From NCBI GenBank assembly GCA_964016885.1, contig OZ024741.1, positions 313,286,001-313,350,000 of the forward strand: a DNA stretch of 64,000 bases. Direction: 5' to 3'. Each line of letters starts with the position of its first letter. Position 1 is the stretch's first letter. Positions 43,705-58,336 of the stretch are shown one piece after another. The position numbers and the translations under genes are program-made. This stretch comes from Eledone cirrhosa. Its lineage: Eukaryota. A model generated the notes under the pieces. That model was not told where the DNA came from. It was given only the letters and a program-made list of their open reading frames with translations, and did not search any database.

Positions 43705-43996
43705 CTAGACCACTCGTGACCCGTTTGGTCATGTTCACTTTAAAATATTTTCTTAAAAATCGTGTTCACTTAAAAATAATTTTTAAATAATAAAAATATA
43801 CACATACATGTATATAATGCGAAATGAAACTGGAAGACCTATATATATACGTGAGTGTATGCATATATATATATGTCTGTGTGTGTAATCATATACATAT
43901 ATATGTATGTGTGTGTATATATATATAAATGTGGATTCTGTGATCTACATGCACTGGTCATAAACACACACATATATATATATATATTCACACACA

Positions 43997-44036
<40 letters not shown>

Positions 44037-44737
44037 ACAGCACCACCAACTCTCTTCCATTTTCATTCTCTGTCTCCTCTCCCTCTTTCTGTCTCTCTTT
44101 CAATTTACTCTCTCACAACCACTATCTCTTTCTCTCTATCTTTTTCTCTCTTTGTTTACATTGTTTATGAAGGCACCAGGAAAAACCCCTTATGTCGGGA
44201 ACCCGCGGTCTAATTTACGCGAAATTTGTTTTGTTCAATTTGTATATCCATTTCAGGGTCAACTTTCTTTCAAAGTATTTTCCCATTATGCGCCCTTTTG
44301 GATGTATTACATTAGAGATAAGCAAGCAATCAATCACAGACTTTTTGTATTATATAAAAATGTATACACCATTCTAATATATATATATTGCCTGTAGAGG
44401 TAATCGAAGTGTGTATACATTTTTCGGGGACACCATATATATATATATACCGGGGTCCCTAAAAATGTATACGCCATTCTAATATATATATTGAATGTAC
44501 AGTTAATCAAAGTGTGTATACATTTTTCCGGGACACCATATATATATACCGGTGTCCCTAAAAATATATACACCATTCTAATATATATATTGCCTGCACA
44601 GGTAAACAAAGTGTGTATACATTTTTCGGGGACACCATATATATATATATACCGGTGTCCCTAAAAATGTATACACCATTCTAATATATATATTGCCGGT
44701 ACAGGTAATTAAAGTGTGTATACCTTTTTCGGGGACA

Positions 44738-44772
<35 letters not shown>

Positions 44773-45290
44773 GGGGTCCCTAAAAATGTATACACCATTC
44801 TAATATATATATTGCCTGTACAGTTAATCAAAGTGTGCATACATTTTTCGGGGACACCATATATATATATATATATATATATACCGGGGTACCTAAAAAT
44901 GTATACACCATTCTAATATATATATTTCCTGTACAGGTAATCAAAGTGTGTATACATTTTTCGGGGACACCATATATATATATATACCGGTTACCCTAAA
45001 CATGTATACACCATTCTAATATATATATTGCCTGTACAGGCAATCAACGTGTGTATACATTTTTCGGGGACACTATATATATATATATATATACCGGGGT
45101 CCCTAAAAATGTATACACCATCCTAACAAGTAATACATGTATAGGCAATCAAAGTGGGTATACATTTTTGGGGGGACAACCTGTATATACACAAATATTA
45201 ACATATATATATAGAGAACGTGTGTGCAAGCAAGCAAGCAAGCAAACAAGCAAGAAAACAGTCAAGATCAGAGTTTTAGTAGTATATAGA
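43705..45290 (-). mobile_element. Non-autonomous Helitron, co-duplicated copy
   Basis: Same insertion site and termini as 34308-36035; shorter internal array. Confidence 0.8.
44357..45186. repeat. Tandem MITE-like array inside second Helitron copy
   Basis: Same unit as 34960-35930. Confidence 0.85.
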
Positions 45291-45354
45291 TTGTATCATT
45301 GATATATGTATGTAATTAATATCTTCAATATTATCATATATATTGATATTTTAG

Positions 45355-45489
45355 AATGTCGAGCAGGAATGTTTGGTGTTGCTTGTAATGGGACCTGCCA
45401 TTGTATCAACAACACGAACTGTGACAAGCGAAATGGAACATGTTTAGATGGATGTTCTGCAGGTTATACTGGTGTCGATTGCCAAGAAG
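45355..45489 (+). CDS. EGF-like exon copy 14 (type C)
   Basis: ttttAG/GT, open frame. Confidence 0.85.
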
Positions 45490-45535
45490 GTATCTCTTAT
45501 AATGTTTACGTAATTATTCTACTCACACACAAACA

Positions 45536-45718
<183 letters not shown>

Positions 45719-46230
45719 AATTCATTTATATATATACAGTATATGCCGGTGTAAAAGTTGATCCGCTGCATATCTCAACCCATCAAATCTTGTGGTACAA
45801 ATCAGGTTTAGGCCTATATACGCCAGTTTAGAGGACACCCCTGGTATAAGGGATTCCATTCTCCCCAGCCCTAGATATGTTTGCCGTTGTTTATTTGCAT
45901 AAAATAGAAAACATTAAAACCAACACTAAATAGTTGTGAAATAAAAATGCATGTGAAGAAAGTACAAGTTGCAAAATTTATTTTTCAGTTAACAAAATGA
46001 TTTAACTGAACTGTTTTATTAGTAAACAATATCCTACCACACGTGACTTGATACGCGGAAATTTAAAAACCTAAATATTCCTTATCCAATGTGTATCAGC
46101 TTAGATGGCGATATATATTTACTCTTGTCCTGTTTTGTTTCGTGGGGAAATTACAGTAGTTTTCCGATAATTTAGATAATTCAGTGAATCAGTATACCAT
46201 TAATATAATAATTATAATATTAATACTAAT

Positions 46231-47393
46231 AGGAATCGTTTGTGAGGAAAATGCAAGCTATGTACAGGAGTGCTGTCAATAAAGTGACAATAGAAATGGA
46301 GTTTAGTGAGGAATTCCAGATACAAGTAGGTTTGCATCAAGGTTCGCTCCTCAGCCCAATCTTGTTCATTATAGACCTCCAAGCCATAACAGAGGAGTTT
46401 AAGACTGGCTGCGCATGTGAACTTCTCTGTGCTGATGATCTGGTTCTTATAGCAGATTCAGTAGAGGGACTAGAGAATAAATTCTGGCAATGGAAACAGC
46501 AGTTGGAATCAGTAGACCTGAGAGTGAACATAGCTAAAACAAAAGTGTTGATAAGTAGAAGAGAGGGGTTGCTCTGATTCCATCAGGGAATTGGCCATGT
46601 TAGATATATAGCATAGGAACTGGCATAAATTCCATAAAATGTACGCAATGCTGATCTTGGAGACACAATAGATGTAGTGGGAGAGGAGGCAAACTAACGG
46701 TTAGGGAAAACTACGTATGCAATAGAGCTACAGGGAATGTTGGCTGTAGTAATCGCTGTAATAGACTCATTTTTCCAATGCAGGTGGGTTCTATAGAAGT
46801 GGTGTATAGCTTCCAGTACCTAGGTGATCAGATAAGCATAGGAGGAGGGTGTTCCGCGTCCTTAGTATCTAGAATAACACAGGTTGGTAGAGGTTCATGC
46901 AGCTTCTTTCTCTGTTGACAAATAAGCGCTTCTCCCTGCGTGCAAAATGACTGTTATATGATACCTGTGTGAGATGCGAGGATGCTGCATGGTAGTTAGA
47001 AATGGACAGCAACTGCTGAAATTATGCGACGGTTGGAGAGAAATGAAGCAAGTATGCTCCGTTGGATGTGCAATTTTAATGTGCGTGAACGATCAAGCAT
47101 AGAGGAGCTGAGAAGGAAACTGGGTATAAGAGGCATAAGTTGTGGTGTGCAGGAGAGAAGGCTGAGATGTTATGGACATATGATGTGGATGAAGGATGAG
47201 CACTGGGTGAAGAAAGCCAGGAACTCCAAATGGAGGGAAGTCGCATTAGAGGTAGGCCACGAAAAACATGGGCGGAACTGGTGAAAATCACCGAGGAGAT
47301 GACAAAGATCCGTGACAAGTGGGGAGATGCTGTGTTGAATAGGACCCGTCCAACCATTGCAAGGAGGGAAAAGCGGGCGGAAAAATGATAATG
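46231..47393 (+). mobile_element. RTE LINE fragment, co-duplicated copy
   Basis: As above. Confidence 0.9.
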
Positions 47394-47687
47394 AATAAAA
47401 ATGCATGTGAAGAAAGTACAATTTGCCAAATAAACTTTTCAGGTAAGAAAATGATTTAACTGAACAGTTTTTTAATAAACAAGATGCTACCACACCATCA
47501 CTTGATACGGGGTAAATTTAAAAATCTAAATATTCCTTATCCAATGTGTATCATTATTACGTGGCGATATCATTTTACTTCCGACCTGTTTTATTTCGTG
47601 GGGAAATTACCGAGGATGTTCCGATAGTTTAGATAATTCATTGAATCAGTATACCATTCATATTATAACTATGACATTCATGATAAT

Positions 47688-47720
<33 letters not shown>

Positions 47721-48086
47721 GTGTATATATGTGTGTATGTATGTATTTGTGTGTGTGTGTGTGTGTATGTGTGTATGTATGCATTTTTATATAAATACAT
47801 TAAATTATATATATATTCTAGAATATGGTAATATTTGGAAGGATTATATATGATATTTTTCTTATATTATTGTTTGTTACTTTCATAATGTTATTATCAT
47901 TGCATTTAATTGAACTAAAAATCAAAGTATTTTTTATAGAGGATCGATATAATATTCAATAAATCTACAACTTCATTTGTTAAGCACAAGATCACTTTAA
48001 TCTTGAAATTTAATATAAAATTATATCATTGATATATTATGTAATTAATGATATCTTCAACATTATCATATATATTTATATTTAAG

Positions 48087-48221
48087 AATGCCGAGCAGGA
48101 ATGTTTGGTGTTGCTTGTAATGGGACCTGCCATTGTATCAACAACACGAACTGTGACAAGCGAAATGGAACATGTTTAGATGGATGTTCTGCAGGTTATA
48201 CTGGTGTCGATTGCCAAGAAG
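48087..48221 (+). CDS. EGF-like exon copy 15 (type A)
   Basis: tttaAG/GT, open frame. Confidence 0.75.
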
Positions 48222-48281
48222 GTATCTCTTATAATTGTTACGTGATTATTCTACACACACAAACACACACATATACATATT

Positions 48282-48313
<32 letters not shown>

Positions 48314-48829
48314 CATCATTTCATTTATATATATACAGTATATGCAGGTGTAAAAGATGACCTGCTGCATCTCTCGACCCATCAAATTATGTGGTACAAA
48401 TCAGGTTTATGCCTATATACGCCAGTTTAGACGTCACCCCTGGTATAAGGGATTCCATTCTCCCCAGCCGTAGATATGTTTGCCGTTGTTTATTTGCATA
48501 AAATAGAAAACATTAAAATAAACACTAAATAGTTGTAAAATAAAATGCATGTGAAGAAATTGCAAGTTGCAAAATTTATTTTTCAGTTAACAAAATGATT
48601 TAACTGAACTGTTTTATTAGTAAACAATATCCTACCACACCGAGACTTGATACGCGGGAATTTAAAAACCTAAATATTCCTTATCCAATGTGTATCAGCT
48701 TAGATGGCGATATATATCTACTTTCGTCCTGTTTTGTTTCGTGGGGAAATTACATTAGTTTTCCGATAATTTAGATAATTCAGTGAATCAGTATACCATT
48801 AATATAGTAATTATACTATTAATACTAAT

Positions 48830-49988
48830 AGGAATCGCTTGTTAGGAAAATGCAAGCTATGTACAGGGGTGCTGTCAGTAAAGGGACAATAGAAATGGAG
48901 TTTAGTGAGGAATTCCAGATACAAGTAGGTTTGCATCAAGGTTCGCTCCTCAGCCCAACCTTGTTCATTATAGACCTCCAAGCCATAGCAGAGGAGTTTA
49001 AGACTGGCTGCCCATGTGAACTTCTCTGTGCTGATGATCTGGTTCTTATAGCAGATTCAGTAGAGGAGCTAGAGAATACATTTTGGCTATGGAAACAGCA
49101 GTTGGAATCAGGAGGCCTGAGAGTGAACATAGCTAAAACAAAAGTGTTGATAAGTAGAAGGGAGGGGATGCTCTGATTCCATCAGGGAATTGGCCATGTT
49201 AGATATATAGCATACGAACTGGCATACATTCCATAAAATGTACGCAATGCTGATCTTGGAGACACAATAGATGTAGTGGAAGTGCAGGCAAACTAACAGT
49301 TAGGGAAAACTACGTATGCAATAGAGCTACAGGGAAAGTTGGCAGTATTAATCGCTGTAATAGACTCATTTTACCATGCAGGTGGGTTGTATAGAAGTGG
49401 TTGATAGCCTCCGGTACATAGGTGATCAGATAAGCATGGGAGAAGGGTGTTCCGCGTCCACATTATCTAGAATAAGGACGGCTTGGTAGAAGTATATGGA
49501 GCTTCTTTCTCTGTTGACAAAGAAGCATTTCTCCCTGCGAACAAAATGACGGTTATATTATACCTGTGTGAGATGCGAGGATGCTGCATGGTAGTTAGAA
49601 ATGGACAGCAACTGCTGAAGTTATGCGACGGTTGGAGAGAAATGAAGCATGTATGCTCCGTTGGATGTGCAATTTTAATGTGCGTGAACGATCAAGCATA
49701 GACGAGTTGAGAAGGAAACTGGGTATAAGAGGGATAAGTTGTGGTGTTCAAGAGAGAAGGCTGAGATGGAATGGACATATGATGTGCATGAGGATGAAAG
49801 CTGGGTGAAGAAAGCCAGGAAGTCCAAGTGGAGAGAAGTCGCTGTAGAGGTAGACCACGAAAAACATGGGCGGAGCTGGTGAAAACCACCGAGGAGATGA
49901 CAAAGATCCGTGACAGTGGGGAGATGCTGTGTTGAATAGGACCCGTCCAACCATTGCAAGCAGGGAAAAGCGGGCGGAAAAATAATAA
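48830..49988 (+). mobile_element. RTE LINE fragment, co-duplicated copy
   Basis: As above. Confidence 0.9.
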
Positions 49989-50286
49989 TAAATAAAAATA
50001 CATGTGAAGAAAGTACAATTTGGCAAATAAACTTTTCAGTTAAGAAAATGCTTTAACTGAACATGTTTATTAGTAAACAAGATGCTACCACACCATCACT
50101 TGATACGCGGTAAATTTAAAAAGCTAAATATTCCTTATCCAATGTGTATCATTATTACGTCGCGATATGATTTTACTTCCGACCTGTTTTACTTCGTGGG
50201 GAAATTACCGGAGATTTTCCGATAGTTTAGATAATTCAGTGAATCAGTATACCATTCACATTATAACTATGACATTCATGATAATA

Positions 50287-50324
<38 letters not shown>

Positions 50325-50623
50325 GTGTATATATGTGTGTATGTATGTGTTTGTGTCTGTGTGTATCTGTGTATGTATGCATTTTTAAATATTTTACTCA
50401 TAATATCGTTTGTTATTTTCATAATGTTAATAACATTGCATTTAATTGAACTAAACATCCAAGTATTTTATATAGAGGATCGATATAATATTCAATAAAT
50501 CTACAACTTCATTTGTTAAGCACAAGATCACTTTAATCTTGAAATTTAATATAAAATTGAATCATTGATATATGTATGTAATTAATGATATCTTCAACAT
50601 TATCATATATATTGATATTTTAG

Positions 50624-50758
50624 AATGCCGAGCAGGAATATTTGGTGTTGCTTGTAATGGGACCTGCCATTGTATCAACAACACGAACTGTGACAAGCGA
50701 AATGGAACATGTTTAGATGGATGTTCTGCAGGTTATACTGGTGTCAATTGCCAAGAAG
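50624..50758 (+). CDS. EGF-like exon copy 16
   Basis: ttttAG/GT; ECRAGIFG...GVNCQE. Confidence 0.85.
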
Positions 50759-50814
50759 GTATCTCATATAATTGTTACGTAATTATTCTACACACACAAA
50801 CACACACATATACA

Positions 50815-50977
<163 letters not shown>

Positions 50978-51491
50978 AATTCATTTATATATATACATTA
51001 TATGCCGGTATAAAAGTTCATCCGCTGCATCTCTCGACCCATCAAATTATGTGGTACAAATCAGGTTTATGCCTATTTACGCCAGTTTAGACGACACCCC
51101 TGGTATAAGGGATGCTCTTCTCCCCATCCGTAGATATGTTTGCCGTTGTTTATTTGCATAAAATAGATAACATTGAAATAAACACTAAATTGTTGTAAAA
51201 TAAAAATGCATGTGAAGAAAATACAAGTTGCAAAATTTATTTTTCATTTAACCAAACGAATTAACTGAACTGTTTTATTAGTAAACAATATCCTACCACA
51301 CCGTGGCTTGATACGCGGGAATTTATAAACCCTAAATATTCCTTATCCAATGTGTATCAGCTTAGATGACGATATATATTTATTTTCGTCCTGTTTTGTT
51401 TCGTGGGGAAATTCCAGTAGTTTTCCGATAATTTAGATAAATCAGTGAATCAGTATACCATTAATATAATAATTATAATATTAATACTAAT

Positions 51492-52644
51492 AGGAATCGC
51501 TTGTGAGGAAAATGCAAGCTATGTACAGGGGTGCTGTCACAAAAGTGACAATAGAAATGGAGTTTAGCGAGGAATTTCAGATACAAGTAGGTTTGCATCA
51601 AGGTTCGCTCCTCAGCACAATCTTGTTCATTATAGTCCTCCAAGCCATAACAGAGGAGTTTAAGACTGGCTGTGAACTTCTCTGTGCTGATGATCTGGTT
51701 CTTATAGCAGATTCAGTAGAGGAACTAGAGAATACATTCTGGCTATGGAAACAGCAGTTGGAATCAGGAGGCCTGAGAGTGAACATAGCTAAAACAAAAG
51801 TCGTGATAAGTAGAAGAGAGGGCAATGCACTGATTCCATCAGGGAATTGGCCATGTTAGATATATAGCATATGAACTGGCATAAATTACATAAAATGTAT
51901 GCAATGCTGATCTTGGAGACACAGATGTAGTGGGAGAGCAGGCAAACTAATGGTTAGGGAAAACTACGTATGCAAAAGATGAACAGGGAAAGTTGACATT
52001 ATTAATCTCGTGATAGACTCATTTTACCAATGCAGGTGGGTTGTATAGAAGTGGTTGATAGCCTCCGGTACATAGGTGATCAGATAAGCCTGGGAGGAGG
52101 GTGTTCCGCGTCCACATTATCTAGAATAAGGACGGCTTGGTAGAAGTTTATGGAGCTTCTTTCTCTGTTGACAAAGAAGCGTTTCTCCCTGCTAACAAAA
52201 TGACGGTTATATTATACCTGCGTGAGATGCGAGGATGCTGCATGGTAGTTAGAAATGGACAGCAACTGCTGAAGTTATGCGACGGTTGGAGAGAAATGAA
52301 GCATGTATGCTCCGTTGGATGTGCAATTTTAATGTGCGTGAATGATCAAGCATAGACGAGTTGAGAAGGAAACTGGGTATAAGAGGGATAAGTTGTGGTG
52401 TTCAAGAGAGAAGGCTGAGATGGAATGGACATATGATGTGCATGAGGATGAAAGCTGGGTGAAGAAAGACAGGAAGTCCAAGTGGAGAGAAGTCGCTGTA
52501 GAGGTAGACCACGAAAAACATGGGCGGAGCTGGTGAAAACCACCGAGGAGATGACAAAGATCCGTGACAGTGGGGAGATGCTGTGTTGAATAGGACCCGT
52601 CCAACCATTGCAAGCAGGGAAAAGCGGGCGGAAAAATGATAATA
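51492..52644 (+). mobile_element. RTE LINE fragment, co-duplicated copy
   Basis: As above. Confidence 0.9.
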
Positions 52645-52980
52645 AATAAAAATACTTGTGAAGAAAGTACAATTTGCCAAATATACTTTTCAGTTAACAA
52701 AATGCTTTAACTGAACAGTTTTATTAGTAAACAACATGTTACCACAACTTCACATGATATGCGGTAAATTTAAAAAGCTAAATATTCCTTATCCAATGTG
52801 TATCATTATTACGTTGCGATATGATTTTACTTCCGACCTGTTCTGTTTCCTGGGGAAATACCGGAGATTTTCCGATAGTTTAGATAATTCAGTGAATCAG
52901 TATACCATTCATACTATAACCATGACATTCATGATAATATTATAGATATATATGTGTGTATATATGTGTGTATGTATTTA

Positions 52981-53560
52981 TGTAACATGTATCCCAGTAC
53001 AACCTCTCTCATGGTCGGGTCATTGTCGACTAAACTGGCAATCCCACCAAGGTTTCCTGGTGAGGAGGGGGACTTTGGACATCCAGCATGACTAAAAACA
53101 CAACCTGTCAAAGGGCAAAGGAGCTCTTAAGAGTCAATGGCCATCCAAAATCACCGGGAGAGATGACCCCTTAGCCTCTGTCAAGGCAGAATTCTAGGAG
53201 AAGGAAAACTCTGATATTACACCTGCAACCCTGATGGTATCCAATGATGTTCACTTGTTCTTCTTTTTGATAAATATCATCTTGGTTAAGAGAGTGGGAC
53301 TGGCTTTGTGCAGTGCCTTTGCTCACTATAAAAGCTTCACGGCACAGGCATTACATTATATCTGGAGATCTCTCTGCACTTATCATGACATGGTACTATG
53401 GGTCCAGTACTGTGTCAATAATTGTCACAAGTGTAGTGTTTGTACCAGAGTTTTCAAGTCGCTGGCTGGACTAAAAATCACTTGTTCAGCGCATCGGTAG
53501 GGGTTCTCCTACATGGATATAAAGTAGTGGCCGTACTCGAAAACGTGTTGGCATCCACCA
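52981..53560. repeat. ~600-bp unclassified interspersed repeat, copy 3
   Basis: Homologous to 396-1000, at the equivalent intron position. Confidence 0.8.
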
Positions 53561-53667
53561 TGTATTTATGTATGCATGTGTGTGTATGTGTGTATGTATG
53601 CATTTATATATATATATACATTATATTATATATATATTCTAAAATATAGTAATATTTGGAAGGATTA

Positions 53668-55006
53668 TCTACTTATATATATAACCAGCAATTTCTCTGT
53701 CTGTCTGTCCGACAGTGGAAACACGTGCGTAGAGAGAGAGTGAGAATGAAAGAAAGAGACAGACTACGAGAGTGGGGTAGCGGGAGGGAGAGAGGGAGAG
53801 AGAGATAGTGAATAGACGCTAAAACACGTGCTACAGAAAAATTACCTCCCGCTCTCCACTGACTTTGGTCACTGAGGCCGAGGGAATCGCGCTGAGCGCG
53901 TCATAATGACGTAATGTAGACATGCAGACATACAGACAGATATTATAAGGGCGCAACGTTATATCTATGTATCTATCTAAAAAGAAAGACTAAGAATTAT
54001 ATAGAGAGAACGCTAAATCGCCTAATGCGGTCCCTAGAACATTGAACATTTGAAATTGTTTTTGCTCAAAACACTTCCGGGGTCATACGAGTTACATGTA
54101 TAAAGTTTGAAAACAATCGGTTGGATGGTTCTCAAGTTTTCGTGAGCTGACAGACAGACAGGTATTCTCTGTTTTAGATATATAGACTAGCAGAAAACCA
54201 CCCCGGGTGGTTTTCTGCTAGTCTATATATATAAAACAGAGGATGTCTGTGTGTCTGTTTCCCTAAAACTCGAGAAGTACCAAACCGGTTTTTTTCAAAC
54301 TTTATACATGTAATTCGTATGACCCCCGAAGTGTTTTGAGCAAAAACAATTTCACACTTTCAATGCCCTAGGGACCGCATTAGGCGATTTAGCGTTCTCT
54401 TTCTCTTTCTCTTAGTCTTTCTCTTTTTAGATAGATACATAGATATGACGTCGCGCCTTCATATTATCCGTCTGTATGCCTGACTGTCTGCATTACGTCA
54501 TTATGACGCGTTCAGTGTGTGTGTGTGTATATACTCTATGCCAGGGAACGTCTTCACGAACCAAAGTATCGTCTTCCTGTTTTCCAGATTGATTTGTTTA
54601 GTTTAAGAAGATCCCGTTAAGGTTGAAAGCAGCGATTCTTCGCTTAAACATTAATAGGTTATTTTAATATAGATATTCGTGTACAGATATTTTTGCATAC
54701 ACAAAAACAAAATATAAACAAACAAGGCCAAAGATTACATCAATTATTCTTAGTGTGTGTACTTCATACTGCTTTTAGGTAGAATATCCCGTTAAGGGTG
54801 AAAGCAGTGATTATTTGCTTAAATTTTAGTATGTTATTTTAATATATATATATATATATAATTATATATTTATGGACAGATATTTTGCATACACAATAAC
54901 AAAATATAAACAAACGTATTTATTTCACGAGGTTCGATAAGGATAAATATATATCAAATATATAAGAACCCTATAGCAAATCCCGAGCAACGCCGGGATT
55001 TGCTAG
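53668..55006 (+). mobile_element. Composite non-autonomous Helitron-like insertion containing a long palindrome
   Basis: Starts A|TCTACTTATATAT, ends hairpin CCCG-AGCAACGC-CGGG then CTAG|T; palindrome 53893-54515. Confidence 0.7.
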
Positions 55007-55086
55007 TATAATATAACATTGAATCATTGATATATGTATGTAATTAATTATATCTTCACATTATCATATATATATTGATATTTTAG

Positions 55087-55221
55087 AATGCCGAGCAGGA
55101 AGGTTTGGTCTTGCTTGTAATGGGACCTGCCATTGTATCAACAACACGAACTGTGACAAGCGATATGGAATATGTTTAGATGGATGTTCTTCAGGTTATA
55201 CTGGTTTCAATTGCCAAGAAG
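55087..55221 (+). CDS. EGF-like exon copy 17 (absent from ORF track)
   Basis: ttttAG/GT; translated by eye [45 protein letters not shown]. Confidence 0.85.
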
Positions 55222-55335
55222 GTATCTCATATAATTCTTACGTAATTATTATACACACGCACAAACACCCACCCACACATACACATACACAAGCACATAC
55301 ATGTTCATATCTATATATATATATATATATATATT

Positions 55336-55399
<64 letters not shown>

Positions 55400-55833
55400 A
55401 ATTCATTTATCTATATACCGTATATGCCTGTATGAAAGTTAATCCGCTGCAAATCTCGACCCATCAAATTTTGTGGTACAAATCAGGTTAAGACCTATAT
55501 ACGCCAGCTTAAACGAGACCCCTGGTATAAGGGTTTACCTTCTCCCCGCCGTAGATATGTTTGCCGTTGTTTATTTGCATAAAATAGAAAACATTAAAAT
55601 AAACACTAAATAGTTGTGAAATAAAAATGCATGTGAAGAAGTACAAGTTGCAAAATTTATTTTTCAGTTAACAAAATGATTTAACTGAACTGCTTTATTA
55701 GTAAACAATATCCTACCACACGTGACTTGATACGCGGAAATTTAAAAAACTAAATATTCCTTATCAAATGTGTATCATCTTAGATGGCGATATATATTTA
55801 CTGTCGTCCCGTTTTGTTTCGTGGGAAAATTAC

Positions 55834-56268
55834 AGATGTGAGGATGCTGCATGATAGTTAGAAATGTACAGCAACTGCTGAAGTTATGCGACGGCTGGGG
55901 AGAAATGAAGCAAGTATGCTCCGTTGGATGTGATATTTTAATGTGCCGGACGATCAAGCATAGACGAGAAGGAAACTGGGTATAAGAGAAGGAAACTAGG
56001 TATAAGAGGGATAAGTTGTGGTGTGCAGGAGAGAAGCCTGAGATGGTATGCACATATGTTGTGCATGGAAGTTGAGCGCTGGGTGGAGAAAGCCAGGAAG
56101 CGCAAGTGGAGGTAAGACGCAGTAGAGGTAGACCACGAAAAACATGGGCGGAGCTGGTGAAATCACCGAGGAGATGACAAACGACCGTGACATGCGGGGA
56201 GATGCTGTGCTGAATAGGACCCGTCCATTCATTGCAAGGAGGGAAAATCGGGCGGAAAAATGATAATA
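55834..56268 (+). mobile_element. RTE LINE 3' fragment
   Basis: 3' part only; 5' part deleted; ~20-bp tandem duplication near 55969-56008. Confidence 0.85.
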
Positions 56269-56659
56269 CATAAAAATGCATGTGAAGAAAGTACAATTAG
56301 CCAAATACACTTTTCAGTTAACAAAATGCTTTAACTGAACAGTTTTATTGGTAAGCAACTTGCTACCACACCATCACTTGATACGCGGTAAATTTAAAAA
56401 CCTAAATATTCCTTATCCAATGTGTATCATTATTACGTGGCGATATGATTTTACTTTCGACCTGTTCTGTTTCGTCGGGAAATTACCGGAGATTTTCCGA
56501 TAGTTTAGATAATTCAGTGAATCAGTATACCATTCATATTATAAATATGACATTCATGATAATATTATATATGTATATATGTATGTATGTATGTATTTAT
56601 GTATCTATGTGTGTGTGTATGTGTGTATGTATGCACTTATATATATACAGTATATTATA

Positions 56660-56721
<62 letters not shown>

Positions 56722-56736
56722 TATATATAAAAAACA

Positions 56737-57473
56737 TGAGAAGAAAGAAGAATACTGCGTGGTTTGCACATGGGTTACACATGATAAAAATAGTCCTTCG
56801 CCGGTGATTATCCAACCATCATTGGTATTACATCGCATTAAAAATCAGATACCTCAGGTTGGTGCGAGCAATAATTAAAAAAAGTTATTGGGGCCAGTAA
56901 TTAGCGTAAAGCGAGGGGGAGAAGTAAATAACATAGAAGGATAAACGCAAACAGAAGATAGGAAAATAAACAAGCAGCATCGTTGTCGGGTCAGCATAAG
57001 CTGGGTTGGATTTCATGAGCGAGAGAGGTACAGACCCTGTCGATGTGTGTGAGATGTAAGCAAGAAGAGACCCACACAAGCCAAACGGGAGGAAGTGAGA
57101 AGGGGAGAAACAGAGTGTGAGTGAGTGGAAGTGTGAGAAGAGGTCAGTCGAGAGAAAGTGTAACTGACAGAGGGGGCGAAAGAAGGTGAGAGAAACAGAG
57201 AGAGCGGGGAAGCATTAAGAGAGAAACAGACAAACGCAGCCTAGGTAAATATATATAAAGAACCTGAGAAGAAAGAAGAATACTGCGCGGTTTGCACATA
57301 GTTACATATGATAAAAATAGTCCTTCGCAGGTGATTATCCAACCATCATTGGTATTACATCGCATTAAAAATCAGATACCTCAGGTTGGTGCGAGCAATA
57401 ACTAAAATAAGTTATTGGGATCAGTAATTCGCGTAATGCGAGGGGGAGAAGTAAACAACATAAAAGGATAAAG

Positions 57474-57477
<4 letters not shown>
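56737..57477. repeat. Element with ~215-bp direct terminal repeats (56737-56950, 57265-57477)
   Basis: TGAGAAGAAAGAAGAATACTGCG...ATAAA repeated at offset 528 around a GA-rich spacer. Confidence 0.75.
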
Positions 57478-57512
<35 letters not shown>

Positions 57513-58136
57513 CGATACATTAACGGAGCCTTAGACTCTCGCCGTTACTGTAAATAATGTGCTCAAAGGAGAGGAAATCCTGAGCTCTTAAGGTAACACA
57601 CTAGAGAGAGATACAGTGCGCTATCAATAAAACAGGGAAAATCCACCAGTGTCATGGAATCTATAAACTATGAAGGCAGAGTATAGACAGGATCATTAAA
57701 AAATATAAATTATAGCGTAAATAAATACCTCTATAACTATATAAGACACGTACAAATCTAAATTGATCTATTTCGCCAGTAAGTTGTTGACAGAAATAAA
57801 ATCAGCGTGTGTAAGTCTATACATTTCAGACAACACTAAGGGCATTTTTAAAGCGACCGTCCAGCTACACGTGGGAGAGAGAAGTCACAGCGTGTTAAGG
57901 GCAGTTAAGCAGTGGCCTCTGAGGGACGAGCTGCTAGAAATGGCAGCCCAAATCCACTCAGAGAAGTGTGCTCACCAAACAGAGAGAGAGAAAAGACTGT
58001 TATAAGGAGCGAAATATCACGATCCATTAACGGAGCCATACACTCTCGCCGTTCCCTGAAATAATGTGCTCGAAGGAGAGAAAATCCTGAGCTCTTTTTC
58101 TGTCAACAACTTACTGGCGAAACAGATCACTTTGGA

Positions 58137-58336
58137 NNNNNNNNNNNNNNNNNNNNNNNNNNNNNNNNNNNNNNNNNNNNNNNNNNNNNNNNNNNNNNNN
58201 NNNNNNNNNNNNNNNNNNNNNNNNNNNNNNNNNNNNNNNNNNNNNNNNNNNNNNNNNNNNNNNNNNNNNNNNNNNNNNNNNNNNNNNNNNNNNNNNNNNN
58301 NNNNNNNNNNNNNNNNNNNNNNNNNNNNNNNNNNNN
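58137..58336. other. Assembly gap (200 N)
   Basis: Run of exactly 200 N. Confidence 1.
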
